DNA of 41,896 bases from the NCBI GenBank assembly GCA_008632985.1, contig QPGO01000008.1, forward strand, positions 124,001-165,896, read 5' to 3'. The notes under the pieces were generated by a model, which saw only the letters and a program-made list of their open reading frames with translations, was not told where the DNA came from and searched no databases. The DNA comes from Psammoneis japonica. Its lineage: Eukaryota. Numbering within the stretch: position 1 is the stretch's first letter; each line of letters begins with the position of its first letter. This document shows, piece after piece, positions 23,301-34,300 of this stretch. The translations under genes and the position numbers were made by a program.

Positions 23301-25191
23301 TAAAAGTTGCGATGACTATTGTGAGTCTCGAGGAGGAAAATGCACTTCGGCAAAAGATAACGTCGGAGACACCTGTACGAGCGACGGAAGGAGTTCCTGC
23401 AGTGAACGCTTGAACACAAATATATGTACATGCTCACTGCAGCCAGAACCTACGCCGTGTAGCGACCAATACGGTGACGACATTGTTATTTGCCATGAGA
23501 GTGAATCAGTATGTCGATTTTTCGTCGATCTGGATGGTCTCAGCTGCAGCGACTTTTGCGAACGCGAAGGTGGCATTTGTTTCGCAGCTGTCGACAATGA
23601 GTCGGGAGAGACCTGCAGGGGCGATAAAACCCAATCTTGTCGGGATGAGATGCTGTCACTAATCTGTACGTGCTCTCTAGGAGAAACCCCACAGTCGCTG
23701 CAAAGGTCTGAACCTACGCCTTGTACCGACAAGTACGGTGAAGATATCCTTGTTTGCCAGGAGAGCAGTTTCGAATGCACGTTCTTCGCCACATTGAAAG
23801 GTAAAAGTTGCGATGACTACTGCGAGTCGCAAGGCGGAGTGTGTACTTCGGCCAAAGATAACGTCGGTTACTCCTGTAGTAGCGATGGTTGGAGTTTATG
23901 CAGTGCGCGGTTGGAAACAAATATATGCACGTGCTCTCTAGAAGAAGCCCCACAGTCGCTTCCAAAGTCAGAACCTACGCCTTGTTCTGACCAGTACGGT
24001 GAAGATATCCTTGTTTGTCAGGAGAGCGAGTTAGAGTGCAGATTTTATGCGGAGCTGGGTGGGATCAGCTGCAGCGACTTCTGTGAGCGCAAGGGCGGCG
24101 TTTGTGTGGCGGCTGTCGACAATGAGTTGGGAGAAACCTGCAGAGGCTATGCAACCCAATCTTGTCATGATGAAATGCTGTCAGTAATCTGCACGTGCTC
24201 TCTAGGAGAAACCCCACAGTCGCTGCAAAGGTCTGAACCTACGCCTTGTACCGACAAGTACGGTGAAGATATCCTTGTTTGCCAGGAGAGCAGTTTCGAA
24301 TGCACGTTCTTCGCCACATTGAAAGGTAAAAGTTGCGATGACTACTGCGAGTCGCAAGGCGGAGTGTGTACTTCGGCCAAAGATAACGTCGGTTACTCCT
24401 GTAGTAGCGATGGTTGGAGTTTATGCAGTGCGCGGTTGGAAACAAATATATGCACGTGCTCTCTAGAAGAAGCCCCACAGTCGCTTCCAAAGTCAGAACC
24501 TACGCCTTGTTCTGACCAGTACGGTGAAGATATCCTTGTTTGCCAGGAGAGCGAGTTAGAGTGCAGATTTTATGCGGAGCTGGGTGGGATCAGCTGCAGC
24601 GACTTCTGTGAGCGCAAGGGCGGCGTTTGTGTGGCGGCTGTCGACAATGAGTTGGGAGAAACCTGCAGAGGCTATGCAACCCAATCTTGTCATGATGAAA
24701 TGCTGTCAGTAATCTGCACGTGCTCTCTAGGAGAAACCCCACAGTCGCTGCAAAGGTCTGAACCTACGCCTTGTACCGACAAGTACGGTGAAGATATCCT
24801 TGTTTGCCAGGAGAGCAGTTTCGAATGCACGTTCTTCGCCACATTGAAAGGTAAAAGTTGCGATGACTACTGCGAGTCGCAAGGCGGAGTGTGTACTTCG
24901 GCCAAAGATAACGTCGGTTACTCCTGTAGTAGCGATGGTTGGAGTTCATGCAGTGCGCGGTTGGAAACAAATATATGCACGTGTTCAATGGGAACTAATC
25001 AACAAAGCCCATCCGAGGCATGTCAAGATGACCCCAGTTGGAGCTACTATCGATCGGGAGTCAAGAAAGATTGTTCTACTCTCGCATCCTCGTTAACGTC
25101 GTGTTCCAAGACCTACGGTACCGGTGTTTCAAAAAAGTGGACGACTGCATCGATTTCTTGTCCGAGAACGTGCTTCACATGCCAAGGATGA
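20351..25191 (+). CDS. Secreted subtilisin-like (S8) serine protease with C-terminal accessory domains, PT stalk and eight 10-Cys modules; join(20351..21473,21551..25191), about 1587 aa
   Basis: Signal peptide and prodomain. Catalytic triad IIDSG, HGTHCVGTI, and LSG|TSMATP formed across the intron; AASGN oxyanion motif. Confidence 0.93.
21474..21550 (+). other. Spliceosomal intron (77 bp)
   Basis: G|GTGCGT...CTAAC...TTGCAG|GC; splicing creates the catalytic GTSMA motif. Confidence 0.92.
23660..24985 (+). repeat. Near-identical 525-bp coding tandem repeat (about 2.5 copies)
   Basis: TGCTCTCTAGGAGAAACCCC recurs at 23671, 24196 and 24721; identical antisense ORFs are offset by 525. Confidence 0.95.
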
Positions 25192-25290
25192 GAAGCGTCA
25201 GGTTGGTTGTACTCTTTTTTCCTAAGATCGCAATAAGAATATTACAGCACTGGTTGCGTCTAAAACGATATGCCGTTCGTATTGAGATAA

Positions 25291-25510
25291 GCTAGCTCCT
25301 CTAGAGTAGTAGCAGGCAAGTGGCAGCAGAAGTAGGGCCAGGTAGAAAATGCTCTCTACTCTACTGTAGCTTTAACTCTAGCTAGCTCTCTACTCTAGAA
25401 TAGATGCTCTCTACTAGCTAGCTACTAGCTACTTCTAGCTACTCGTAGCTACTAGCTACTTCTAGCTACTCGTAGCTAGCTAGCTAGAGAGTAGAGAGTA
25501 GAGTAGAGGG
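25291..25510. repeat. CTAG/CTAC/GTAG low-complexity intergenic tract
   Basis: Dense TAGC/TAC/TAG units, including a 27-bp unit twice (25419, 25446). Confidence 0.9.
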
Positions 25511-25698
25511 CACTAACAGCAGTTCAGACCCAACGCGCGTGAATGAATCATCATCGCATTTGCGACACGCGTGACTCACTATCGTCACTCACGTCAACTC
25601 AACACATGCGACCGTATGAAATAGTAAGTGAGCATAACAGTACATTACTGTCGCAAACGAGATAACCTTGATTGAAAGCAGATAGACCTGAAAGAGAC

Positions 25699-26964
25699 AT
25701 GGCTTCGATTGCTGCAATTTCTTTTACTAGATCAGGCAAATTGAAAAGGCGAAGCAAACATGCCACAGTTCGTTATCTTTCTCCGCCGACGAGAAAAGAG
25801 TTCTTGCTGGTAATGATGGGCTTGATCGCGTCATTCGCAGACTTGGCTTTGTTTCCGGTTTCTGCCTTTGGCACTGCCGCATCACCGAGAGCTTTGAGTG
25901 GTATGGCGTCAAGTAGCTACGTTGGTGCTCTGCACCCGCAAACCTGTCTTTTCGGAAGCAGTGACAACAATGACGAAGTCAAACGTCTAATGGACCAAGC
26001 AGCAAAGATAAGGGCGGAACTTGCAGAACTAGAAGGAAAATCCGTGTCTCAGGTAGAGCAAGAAGCGCGTGACAAAAAGAAACTCGAGAAAGAGCGTCTG
26101 GAGGAACAAGAAGAGCGGCGGAACGCGAAGAAATCAGAGGAGACAGCAAGTGCTGTTGATTACGGTCGCTTCCTCGAGGTTCCAGGCAATGCAGATGACA
26201 TGATACGCCAGGCGGCACGTGCTATTGAAAGGGCCTTTCGTGATGGAAAGAAGAAACGACAAACCGTCAGACTGGCTCTTCTGAAACAGGACCAGAGCAT
26301 GACGGAAGTGGAAGAATGGCCCGGCGGGGCAAAGCAAATGTACCGCGAGGCTGGGAAACCTCTGACCCTTGAGCTTTTGCGAGAAATCCGAGCGCCAACG
26401 AATTTGGAGGAAACTCCATCGCCACTTCCCCCCGTTGTTAGGGATCAAGATATTTGGGATTTTGATGGATCAGGGCTTATAACCGCGGAATCCAAGAGCG
26501 GGGCTCACGCCGATGTTCAGGGACTTGTCTTTGCCAATACAGACGTCAAGTACATTGACGATATCGAGACTTTAGATAAAGAAATGGGTGACAGGCTCCT
26601 GCTGCTGGTGAATCCGTTTTGGAGAAACGTTGATTCATGGGGCTTCAACATCTTGGCGCCGGGCGCAAAAGTAAGAGCAGAAGAAGTCATTTTCAAGGAA
26701 CAAGACGGATTTGACGAAACCTATGTGTTATTACGTTTTAGTGCTCGAGGTGAGCAGTGCGTCGCTCTTAAGGCTTATCCTTATGACTGGCAGCTGTTTG
26801 CATACAAGGAGGATGAGGACTATCGCTTCACTGGTCACGAGACAGCTATTCGACTAGGATCATCCAAAGAGGAACCAACTTCAGCGATGTTTGCAGACTT
26901 GTTAAATGAGCGACCTGAATTCAAACTATCACGCAATATGCGACAGATGAAAAACATGATGTGA
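25699..26964 (+). CDS. Probably plastid-targeted DUF1995-like protein
   Basis: Intact ORF. Hydrophobic segment ending VSAF (ASAF-like), coiled-coil, then EEWPGG..Q....A and LLLVNP.W, recalled from DUF1995 proteins. Start at 25699 or 25813. Confidence 0.65.
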   Translation: MASIAAISFTRSGKLKRRSKHATVRYLSPPTRKEFLLVMMGLIASFADLALFPVSAFGTAASPRALSGMASSSYVGALHPQTCLFGSSDNNDEVKRLMDQAAKIRAELAELEGKSVSQVEQEARDKKKLEKERLEEQEERRNAKKSEETASAVDYGRFLEVPGNADDMIRQAARAIERAFRDGKKKRQTVRLALLKQDQSMTEVEEWPGGAKQMYREAGKPLTLELLREIRAPTNLEETPSPLPPVVRDQDIWDFDGSGLITAESKSGAHADVQGLVFANTDVKYIDDIETLDKEMGDRLLLLVNPFWRNVDSWGFNILAPGAKVRAEEVIFKEQDGFDETYVLLRFSARGEQCVALKAYPYDWQLFAYKEDEDYRFTGHETAIRLGSSKEEPTSAMFADLLNERPEFKLSRNMRQMKNMM

Positions 26965-27451
26965 AACGGGAACAAGGTTCCTTGGATGCGTAAACGTGAC
27001 AAAAACACAACCTCCTACAAAATACCTCCATACGATACTGGAACATGTTCATACGGTCCGATCCCGCGCCTATAAGTATCTGTCCTCTCCTGCGGTATGC
27101 TAGTTACTAAAGAGTAGTTTCAACCTTACTCCTATGCTATGTTCCCAAAGGATTAGTGTCGATTGCAATGCTATCGCCACCTACAACACCAGCTCAAGCT
27201 GAGGACCCATCAGGACGAACAACGGAGTGTCCTTCCTGTCTGTGTTGTACGTCTGTCTGTAAAGGACTGACTCACTCATTATTTGGTTATGAGTTATTTG
27301 GACCAATGACGTCAGACTGCGAATAGCCGTTATGCGTTGTGTCAAAATTCTTCTGCTTTTTTTTTTGTCGAATACCGACCATGTCGAGCATAGCATGCAA
27401 ACATACCGTTGATACTTAGGCTACAGTAGTAGGTAAAGGTTGTAGTTGACC

Positions 27452-30400
27452 ATGGAGATTTCCCAATCAAACGCAGTGCAGAAAGACTGGGATGAAAGGT
27501 TCCAGAAAGAAGATCCGACGACGTTGGGAGATGCGAGGCAGACAAGTAGGAAAGGAGTGACAAAGAAGGCATCGAGTTCCAAGAAGAGGACAAAGAAGAG
27601 CGCAGATGAAAAAGGCGGGGGAGATGGCAAAGGCCTAAAGAGAAGCAGTAAATCGTCTCGCACCAAGCAGTCTCAGAAGCTGGTTTCATCGAAAGAGCAG
27701 ATTGAGAAACGCACCACTGCGGTCGAGGTGTCGCAGAGTCTCAGCAAGAAGCCGGAAACACTCGAGGCGGAACCAAAGATGGTGAGAAAGAAAAAGAGTA
27801 TCGAGACGCGCATCGCAGAGAAGGAGTTGGAGCATGAGAGAGCAAGACTTGCAGAAAAGGAACAAGAAGCAACCGCGGGAGTGATGGCCTTGGAGGACCT
27901 ACCGAAGCAACAGAGTGCCACACCAGAAGTATCTTCAGAACCCACACTTGGCATTAGTGAATCTCCCTTTGCGAATAAGTCAGAATGCTGTAAGTCATGT
28001 GGTATTCGCACACACGTGGGGAACAAGTTGAACCGTGTACCTCTAAACAATAGCAACGTTCACTACGGGGTATGCATTATGTGCAACCTTGATGACGTAC
28101 CGCAATCTGTCGCCAAAGCATGGACCGAGAGGCAGACACTCACAGAGCCAGAAGGAAACGACAACAGCGGCAACGCGCGACCCAATGTGCCTACAGCGAA
28201 CCCGGATCCAATGGTTACAGCACGTGCTGGTTCTGCCAGGATCGGAGCAGCGGAAATAGGCGCCAAAGGTCAAGATAACACAAGAATTGCTGCTACCGCT
28301 GCTGCAGTCGGTGCTGCCAGTGCAGCCGTAGCTGCTGGAGGTGATACGGCGGTTGAGAATTTTCGTGGCATGACAGCAAACGAACCAAGTCTCAGTAACG
28401 AGGAACTGTCGAATCAAAAGCAGTCCAATGTCAGGCGGAAGAGTATGGAAAAGGAGTTGGTCGAAGAGCTGGACGTGACATGGTCACAGGCCCGCGAGTA
28501 CTTGGTAGAGTCCAGGCGTGAGCTTGGTATTGATGAGCAGGATGAGTTGGACAGCGATCAAGAGGTAAAAGTCAAGGCTATGGCGAAGGAAATCCATAAA
28601 AAGAATCCAGAGCCCAAGAGACTCAGTGCCAGTTATCGCAGCTTGACAGCAGCGGCGAAAACTATTAATGCCAACGAGAGCTCCAGGAATGCAGTTTCTG
28701 TCGGGGCTGCTGCCGGGGTCGCAGCTGCGGGAGCCGCCGCGACTGCCAGTTCTCGTAGCATGACCGCCAGCCAACGCAATCTGAACGAAGAAGAGAAATC
28801 GAACCACTGTGTTACCTGCGGTGTTCGCACTCACCGAGGTCCCAAGTTTGCAAGGTTTGAACTCAAGAACGACGAGGTCCATTACGGAGTTTGTGTCAGG
28901 TGCCACCCCAATAATGTACCTCCTTCGGTTCTCCATGCATTCGAGAAGAAGCAAGACACTCTTTCAACCGCTAGCTCCCGCAGCTTGATGGCTGAAGAGG
29001 ACACAGCGAACCATTGTCCTTCTTGCGGGATTCGCACTCACAAAGGTCGCAAGCTTAATAAGATTGAACTAAAGAACGACGATGTGTACTATGGAATTTG
29101 CATCAAGTGCAACCGCAAGGGGGTCCCTCCTTCTGTTCTCAAGAGCTGGGAGGAGTTGAACAAGGAAGAGGCGCAAGCTGTGGAGAGTACAGCTATGACC
29201 GCTAGTGGTCGGGTTCTTACGCAAGAATCGAACCACTGTCAGTCATGCGGTGTTCGCACTCATCGCGGACCCAAATTCGCCCGTGTGGAGCTCAAGAACG
29301 AAGATGTCCACTACGGAATATGCATCAAGTGTAATCGCGGCGCCGTTCCTCCTTCAGTCCTCAGTGCGTGGAAGGAGTTGCGCACCACGGAAGCCCGAGA
29401 TATCCCCGGTATGCCAGCCAATAGCAGCTCGCGGAACTTGAACGAAGACTACAAGTCGAATCACTGCCACGGCTGCGGTATCCGCACGCACCGGGGCCCC
29501 AAGTTTGCTCGTTCCGAGCTCAAGAACGACGATGTCCATTATGGCATTTGTATCAAGTGCAATCCGAGGGCCGTGCCGCCGCAGGTAGTAAAGGCATGGA
29601 AAGAGAAGAAGGACGAACCGGAGACGATCTATCCAAGTAAAGACGAGCCGAAGAACTTTTGCCCTGCTTGCGGTGTTCGGACGCACACTGGCAATGGCAT
29701 GCATCGCGAGCCGTTGAAGAACGACAAAGTGCATTATGGTAAATGCATCAAGTGCAGTTCCTTGGACTCACCCAGTCGTTTGTCAGAAATATCCGTTGAA
29801 GAGCAACGCCGTGCCGACGCGGAGAAGGACGGGTTTTGTCCGGATTGTGGCATTAAGACTCATGCTGTGAGCAACTTTAATCGCGAACCTCTCAAGAACT
29901 CGAACGTACACTACGGAGTTTGTATCAAGTGCCATCCCAATGAAGTAGAACCATCCGTATACAAGGCATGGGAAGAAAACAAGAAACAAGCAGATGATGA
30001 TAAAAGTGCTGCTGTTGCACTTGGCGTTGGTGCCGCTGCAGTTGGCGTTGGAGCCGCCGTGGGTGCCGGTCTTTCCAGTGAGTCTTCAGATAATGTGAAC
30101 AAGGACACCATTGATCCAGCATCGAGTGAACACGCCCAGAGCAGCTTCGGCAACGCCGCTGCTCCTGTCGGACCCGAAACGAGTAGCATGGCTACACCGG
30201 TCGATCCTGTCGTCGCAGCTGGAGATGTTGAAGCTGACGACCTCGAGAAAAATGAAGCCGGCCCGAAACCGAGTAAGCCGGGCGATAAAACCGCTGAGAA
30301 GCAGCCGCTTCGTAAGAGTAACAGCTCTTTGGCTCGGGAATTACATGTCCCGACTGAAGTGACTCGATGGCTTGAGGAACATCTTGCCAAGAAGGATATC

Positions 30401-30673
30401 ACCGCAGTGTATCGTGCTGGCCGTTCTGGAAAATCCCTGGCACACTACGTGAAACCAAAGAAAAAGAAGAAAAACGGCACCACCGCCAAGAGAAAGCTTA
30501 GATCTTCTAGCACTCCGACTACACGTAGAGTGCCGAAACAGGACGATCAGTTGAAGCATTCGATGGAGCATGATGAGGCCTTGCATTCAGAAGTAGAAGA
30601 AATAAAGAGGAGCATGAGGGAATTGTTAAATGTTGCGGAGACTTCTGATTCTGATCTTGGCGTTCATTCTTAA
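27452..30673 (+). CDS. Uncharacterised protein with 7 CxxCG.RTH...YG.CxxC repeats and one EKELV.EL.V.WSQA helical module
   Basis: 1073-aa open frame from accATGg; synonymous divergence among repeats. Confidence 0.88.
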   Translation: MEISQSNAVQKDWDERFQKEDPTTLGDARQTSRKGVTKKASSSKKRTKKSADEKGGGDGKGLKRSSKSSRTKQSQKLVSSKEQIEKRTTAVEVSQSLSKKPETLEAEPKMVRKKKSIETRIAEKELEHERARLAEKEQEATAGVMALEDLPKQQSATPEVSSEPTLGISESPFANKSECCKSCGIRTHVGNKLNRVPLNNSNVHYGVCIMCNLDDVPQSVAKAWTERQTLTEPEGNDNSGNARPNVPTANPDPMVTARAGSARIGAAEIGAKGQDNTRIAATAAAVGAASAAVAAGGDTAVENFRGMTANEPSLSNEELSNQKQSNVRRKSMEKELVEELDVTWSQAREYLVESRRELGIDEQDELDSDQEVKVKAMAKEIHKKNPEPKRLSASYRSLTAAAKTINANESSRNAVSVGAAAGVAAAGAAATASSRSMTASQRNLNEEEKSNHCVTCGVRTHRGPKFARFELKNDEVHYGVCVRCHPNNVPPSVLHAFEKKQDTLSTASSRSLMAEEDTANHCPSCGIRTHKGRKLNKIELKNDDVYYGICIKCNRKGVPPSVLKSWEELNKEEAQAVESTAMTASGRVLTQESNHCQSCGVRTHRGPKFARVELKNEDVHYGICIKCNRGAVPPSVLSAWKELRTTEARDIPGMPANSSSRNLNEDYKSNHCHGCGIRTHRGPKFARSELKNDDVHYGICIKCNPRAVPPQVVKAWKEKKDEPETIYPSKDEPKNFCPACGVRTHTGNGMHREPLKNDKVHYGKCIKCSSLDSPSRLSEISVEEQRRADAEKDGFCPDCGIKTHAVSNFNREPLKNSNVHYGVCIKCHPNEVEPSVYKAWEENKKQADDDKSAAVALGVGAAAVGVGAAVGAGLSSESSDNVNKDTIDPASSEHAQSSFGNAAAPVGPETSSMATPVDPVVAAGDVEADDLEKNEAGPKPSKPGDKTAEKQPLRKSNSSLARELHVPTEVTRWLEEHLAKKDITAVYRAGRSGKSLAHYVKPKKKKKNGTTAKRKLRSSSTPTTRRVPKQDDQLKHSMEHDEALHSEVEEIKRSMRELLNVAETSDSDLGVHS

Positions 30674-30837
30674 AAGCCGTGCGTGGTCACAATATATGTC
30701 GGACTTGCATAATTTGGGATCTGTGACAAACTTTGTAACGTATATGTTCTTTTCTAAAACGTACCGCTGTGTTTCGCTTTGCTGTGATGTTTAATAGTAC
30801 GGTAGGTCCAAAATTGCCTATTTTTGCTGAGTGAAGC

Positions 30838-30955
30838 AGTCTCTAGTCTAGCTAGCTCTACTCTCTAGAGAGTAGTACCGGTAGCTACTAGAGCTAAGGT
30901 AGCTAGTAGAGAGTGGAGTAGCAGAGAGTTAGTAGGGCCTCTAGCTACTTCTACT
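30838..30955. repeat. CTAG/CTAC/GTAG low-complexity intergenic tract
   Basis: CTCTAGTCTAGCTAGCTCTACTCTCTAGAGAGTAGTACCGGTAGCTACTAGAG... Confidence 0.85.
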
Positions 30956-31356
30956 TGTATCTCTGCACACCCACCACAGCCAACAAGGCATGTCACGCAA
31001 CAAAAGTGCCGGTGGTTGCTGTGGCTGGCCAAATTTTAATAACGCCCGGGTACACTAAAAGTCATACAGAATTTTCAACGGACTTATTTTTGAAAATTCG
31101 TTAATTACCAAAAATTATTATTAATTATCATGCTTATACTTGAAGATATATGAAACTTCGCATTCTAGAAGAAGAAGAAACGCAAAAAGTCGAAAAAGAT
31201 TCGTGTGAATGGAGGGAAGTGAAACGATGTGTGTGCTACGCAAAAAAGATACGAGCAACTCGCATCTTCTTTTGCCTTCTGCGACCATACAACTCGTCAC
31301 TCTTCTTCCGTTGCGAAGAGAGCGTTTGCGGACTAAGGCAAGCGCAGTCCTTTGCC

Positions 31357-34300
31357 ATGGTGGAGGAGGAAAAGAAGAACACGTGTGCTACATGTGGCAT
31401 TCGCACCCACAGAGGACCCAAGTTCTCGAGGGTGGAGCTGAAAAACGATGACGTTCACTACGGGGTGTGCATCAAGTGCAACCCGAAGAATGTTCCGCCT
31501 TCAGTTCTCAAGGCTTGGAAGCAGAAGAATCCCACGGAGACAGTGTCTACTGCTGAGACTCCTAAGGAACCTAAAGACAGCGGTGATGCGGCTAGCAAGT
31601 CGGAGAAGCGAGTGTCCATCAAAGAAGGAGAAAAGAAGGACGCGGGAGAGAAGCCGCCGGCCCAGAAGAGTTCTGCTGCTGCTCGACCCACCGTTGCCTC
31701 GAGCAGTTCTCGCAGCATGACTGCTAGCCAACGCAGTATGAACGATGAGGAGAAGTCAAACCACTGCCTCTCATGTGGTATTCGTACCCACAGAGGACCC
31801 AAGTTTGCCCGAATCGATCTTAAGAACGTCGATGTTCACTACGGCGTCTGTATCAAGTGCAACCCCCAGAACGTACCTCCTGCTGCTCTTAAGGCTTATC
31901 AAGAAAAGGCATCAGGCGGAGCAACGGCGGCCGCGGCTGCAACGAAGACATCCAAGCCCGCGTCAGGCGGGGCTGCTGCCGGTGCTGCCGCAGCGACGGC
32001 TGCTGCTGCGGGCAAGGCGGCAACTGGAAGCTCACGTAATCTCCCTGTCATGCCACTTAGTCTGGAGAAGGAGCTTGTCCAAGAACTTAGCGTGTCGTGG
32101 TCACAGGCACGCGAGTACGTTGTGAAAGCGAAAGCGGACATGAGTATTGGAGCCACGGATCCCGTGGATAGTGATATGCAAGCGGAGCTTAAGGCCAAGG
32201 CCAAGGAGTACCACGCCAAGAATCCCAACCCCAAGCCCATCACTGCAAGCTCACGTAAGCTGGTAGAGAGCGATGCTGCAGAGACCACCAAGGCCTCGGC
32301 AACCAAAGCGGCAGTTGCTGCTGCTGCCGGTGCTGCCACAGCGACGGCTGTCGCTGCGGGCAAAGCTTCAACTGCAAGCTCGCGTAATCTCCCTGTCATG
32401 CCACTTAGTCTGGAGAAGGAGCTTGTCCAAGAACTGAGCGTGTCGTGGTCACAGGCACGCGAGTACGTGGTGAAAGCGAAAGCGGACATGAGTATTGGAG
32501 CGACGGATCCCGTGGATAGCGATCTGCAAGCGGAGCTTAAGGCCAAGGCCAAGGAGTACCACGCCAAGAATCCCAACCCAAAGCCCCTCACAGCAAGCTC
32601 ACGTAAGCTAGTAGAGAGCGATGCAGCAGAGACCACCAAGGCCTCGGCACCCGAACCTGCAGTTGCTGCTGCTGCCGGTGCTACCGCAGCGACGGCTGCT
32701 GCTGCAGGCAAGGCGGCAACTGACAGCTCTCGTTATAAGCCTGTTAGTTCCCGTAGCTTGGTGAGCGACGAGGACAAATCGAATCATTGCCACTCATGCG
32801 GTATTCGCACCCACCGTGGTCCCAAGTTCTCCAGGATGGAGCTCAAGAACGAAGACGTCCACTACGGCATTTGCATCAAGTGCAACCGCAAAGCTGTTCC
32901 TCCCTCTGTCCTCAAGAGCTGGAAGGAGACGCATGAGGAAGAGGCAAAAGAGGACGACGACAGTGCAGCCGATAGCGCAGCGATGACAGCGAGCTCTAGA
33001 GCCTTGAAGAAAGAGTCAAACCATTGCCAGTCATGTGGTGTGCGTACCCACAAGGGACCAAAGTTTGCCAGAGTCGAGCTCAAGAATGACGACGTTCACT
33101 ACGGCGTTTGCATCAAGTGTAACCCGAAAGATGTCCCGCCTTCGGTCCTCAAGACGTTTAAGGAGGTCCGTGACACTGAGGTTGCCGACGCGCCAAAGAT
33201 GCCGGCGGCAAGCAGCTCTCGCAACTTGAACGAAGACTACAAGTCGAATCACTGCGAGTCATGCGGTATTCGCACACACAGGGGTCCCAAGTTCTCAAGG
33301 ATCGAGCTCAAGAACGACGACATTCACTACGGTGTTTGTGTCAAGTGTAACCCGAATAGTGTGCCTCCAGCTGCGTTGCAAGCCTGGAAGGATAAACATG
33401 GTTCCGAGCCCAAAAAGGCTGCCAGCGGTGCACCAGTTGTTGCTGCAGCAGCAGCCACAGCAGCCACGGTAGCAGCCGTAGGTGTTACGAGCAACAAGCC
33501 CGATTCACCTGCAGCCAAAGCGACTACGAGCAGCAAACCCGCCGCTGCATTAGCCAAAGAGATTACGACAAATAAGCCCGTTTCTGTAGCAGCCAAAGAG
33601 ACTACGACAAACAAAGCCGTCGCTGCAGCTGCTGGTGGTGCGGCTGCAGGCGCTGCGGTCGGTGTTGCTGCTGCTAGTGCAATGAAGAAGCAGTCTAGTG
33701 TCAGGAGGAAAAGCATGGAGAAGGAGTTGGTCGAAGAGCTGGACGTGTCGTGGTCTCAGGCCCGCGACTACGTGGTTGAGTCAAAGCGTGAGCTGGGCAT
33801 TGATGAAAATGAGTTGGACATCGATCAAGAGGCTAAAGTGAAAGCCAAGGCTAAAGAAATTCATGCCAAGAATCCAGAGCCCAAGCGCCTTAGTGCCAGT
33901 TCACGCAACATGGGAGCAGCAGCGAAAAGTGCCGAAACCTCCGACAGCACAAAGAAGGCCGCTGCTGCCGCGGCTGCTGCCGGAGGCGCAGCAGCTGCAG
34001 GGGCCGCCGCTACTTCCAGTTCTCGGAACCTGACTGCCAGCCAACGTAGTCTGAACGAGGAGGAGAAATCGAACCACTGCACTACTTGCGGTATTCGCAC
34101 CCACCGAGGACCTAAATTTGCGAGGGTGGAACTTAAGAACAGCGATGTGCACTACGGTATCTGCGTTAAGTGCCATCCCAAGGACGTGCCGCCCCAAGCA
34201 TTGAAAGCCTTCCAGGAAAAGGAGCCGGCAACCGCCAGCTCTCGCAATTTGATGGCCGAGGAGGAGACTGCAAATCACTGCTCTTCTTGTGGAATTCGTA

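Noticed and set aside
23660..24985. CRISPR-like array
   Set aside because: These are in-frame coding repeats without unique spacers, in a eukaryotic gene.
31150..31356. 69-aa N-terminal extension of the second repeat protein
   Set aside because: It looks like promoter/UTR sequence, and ATG 31357 has a better context. Not excluded without transcripts.
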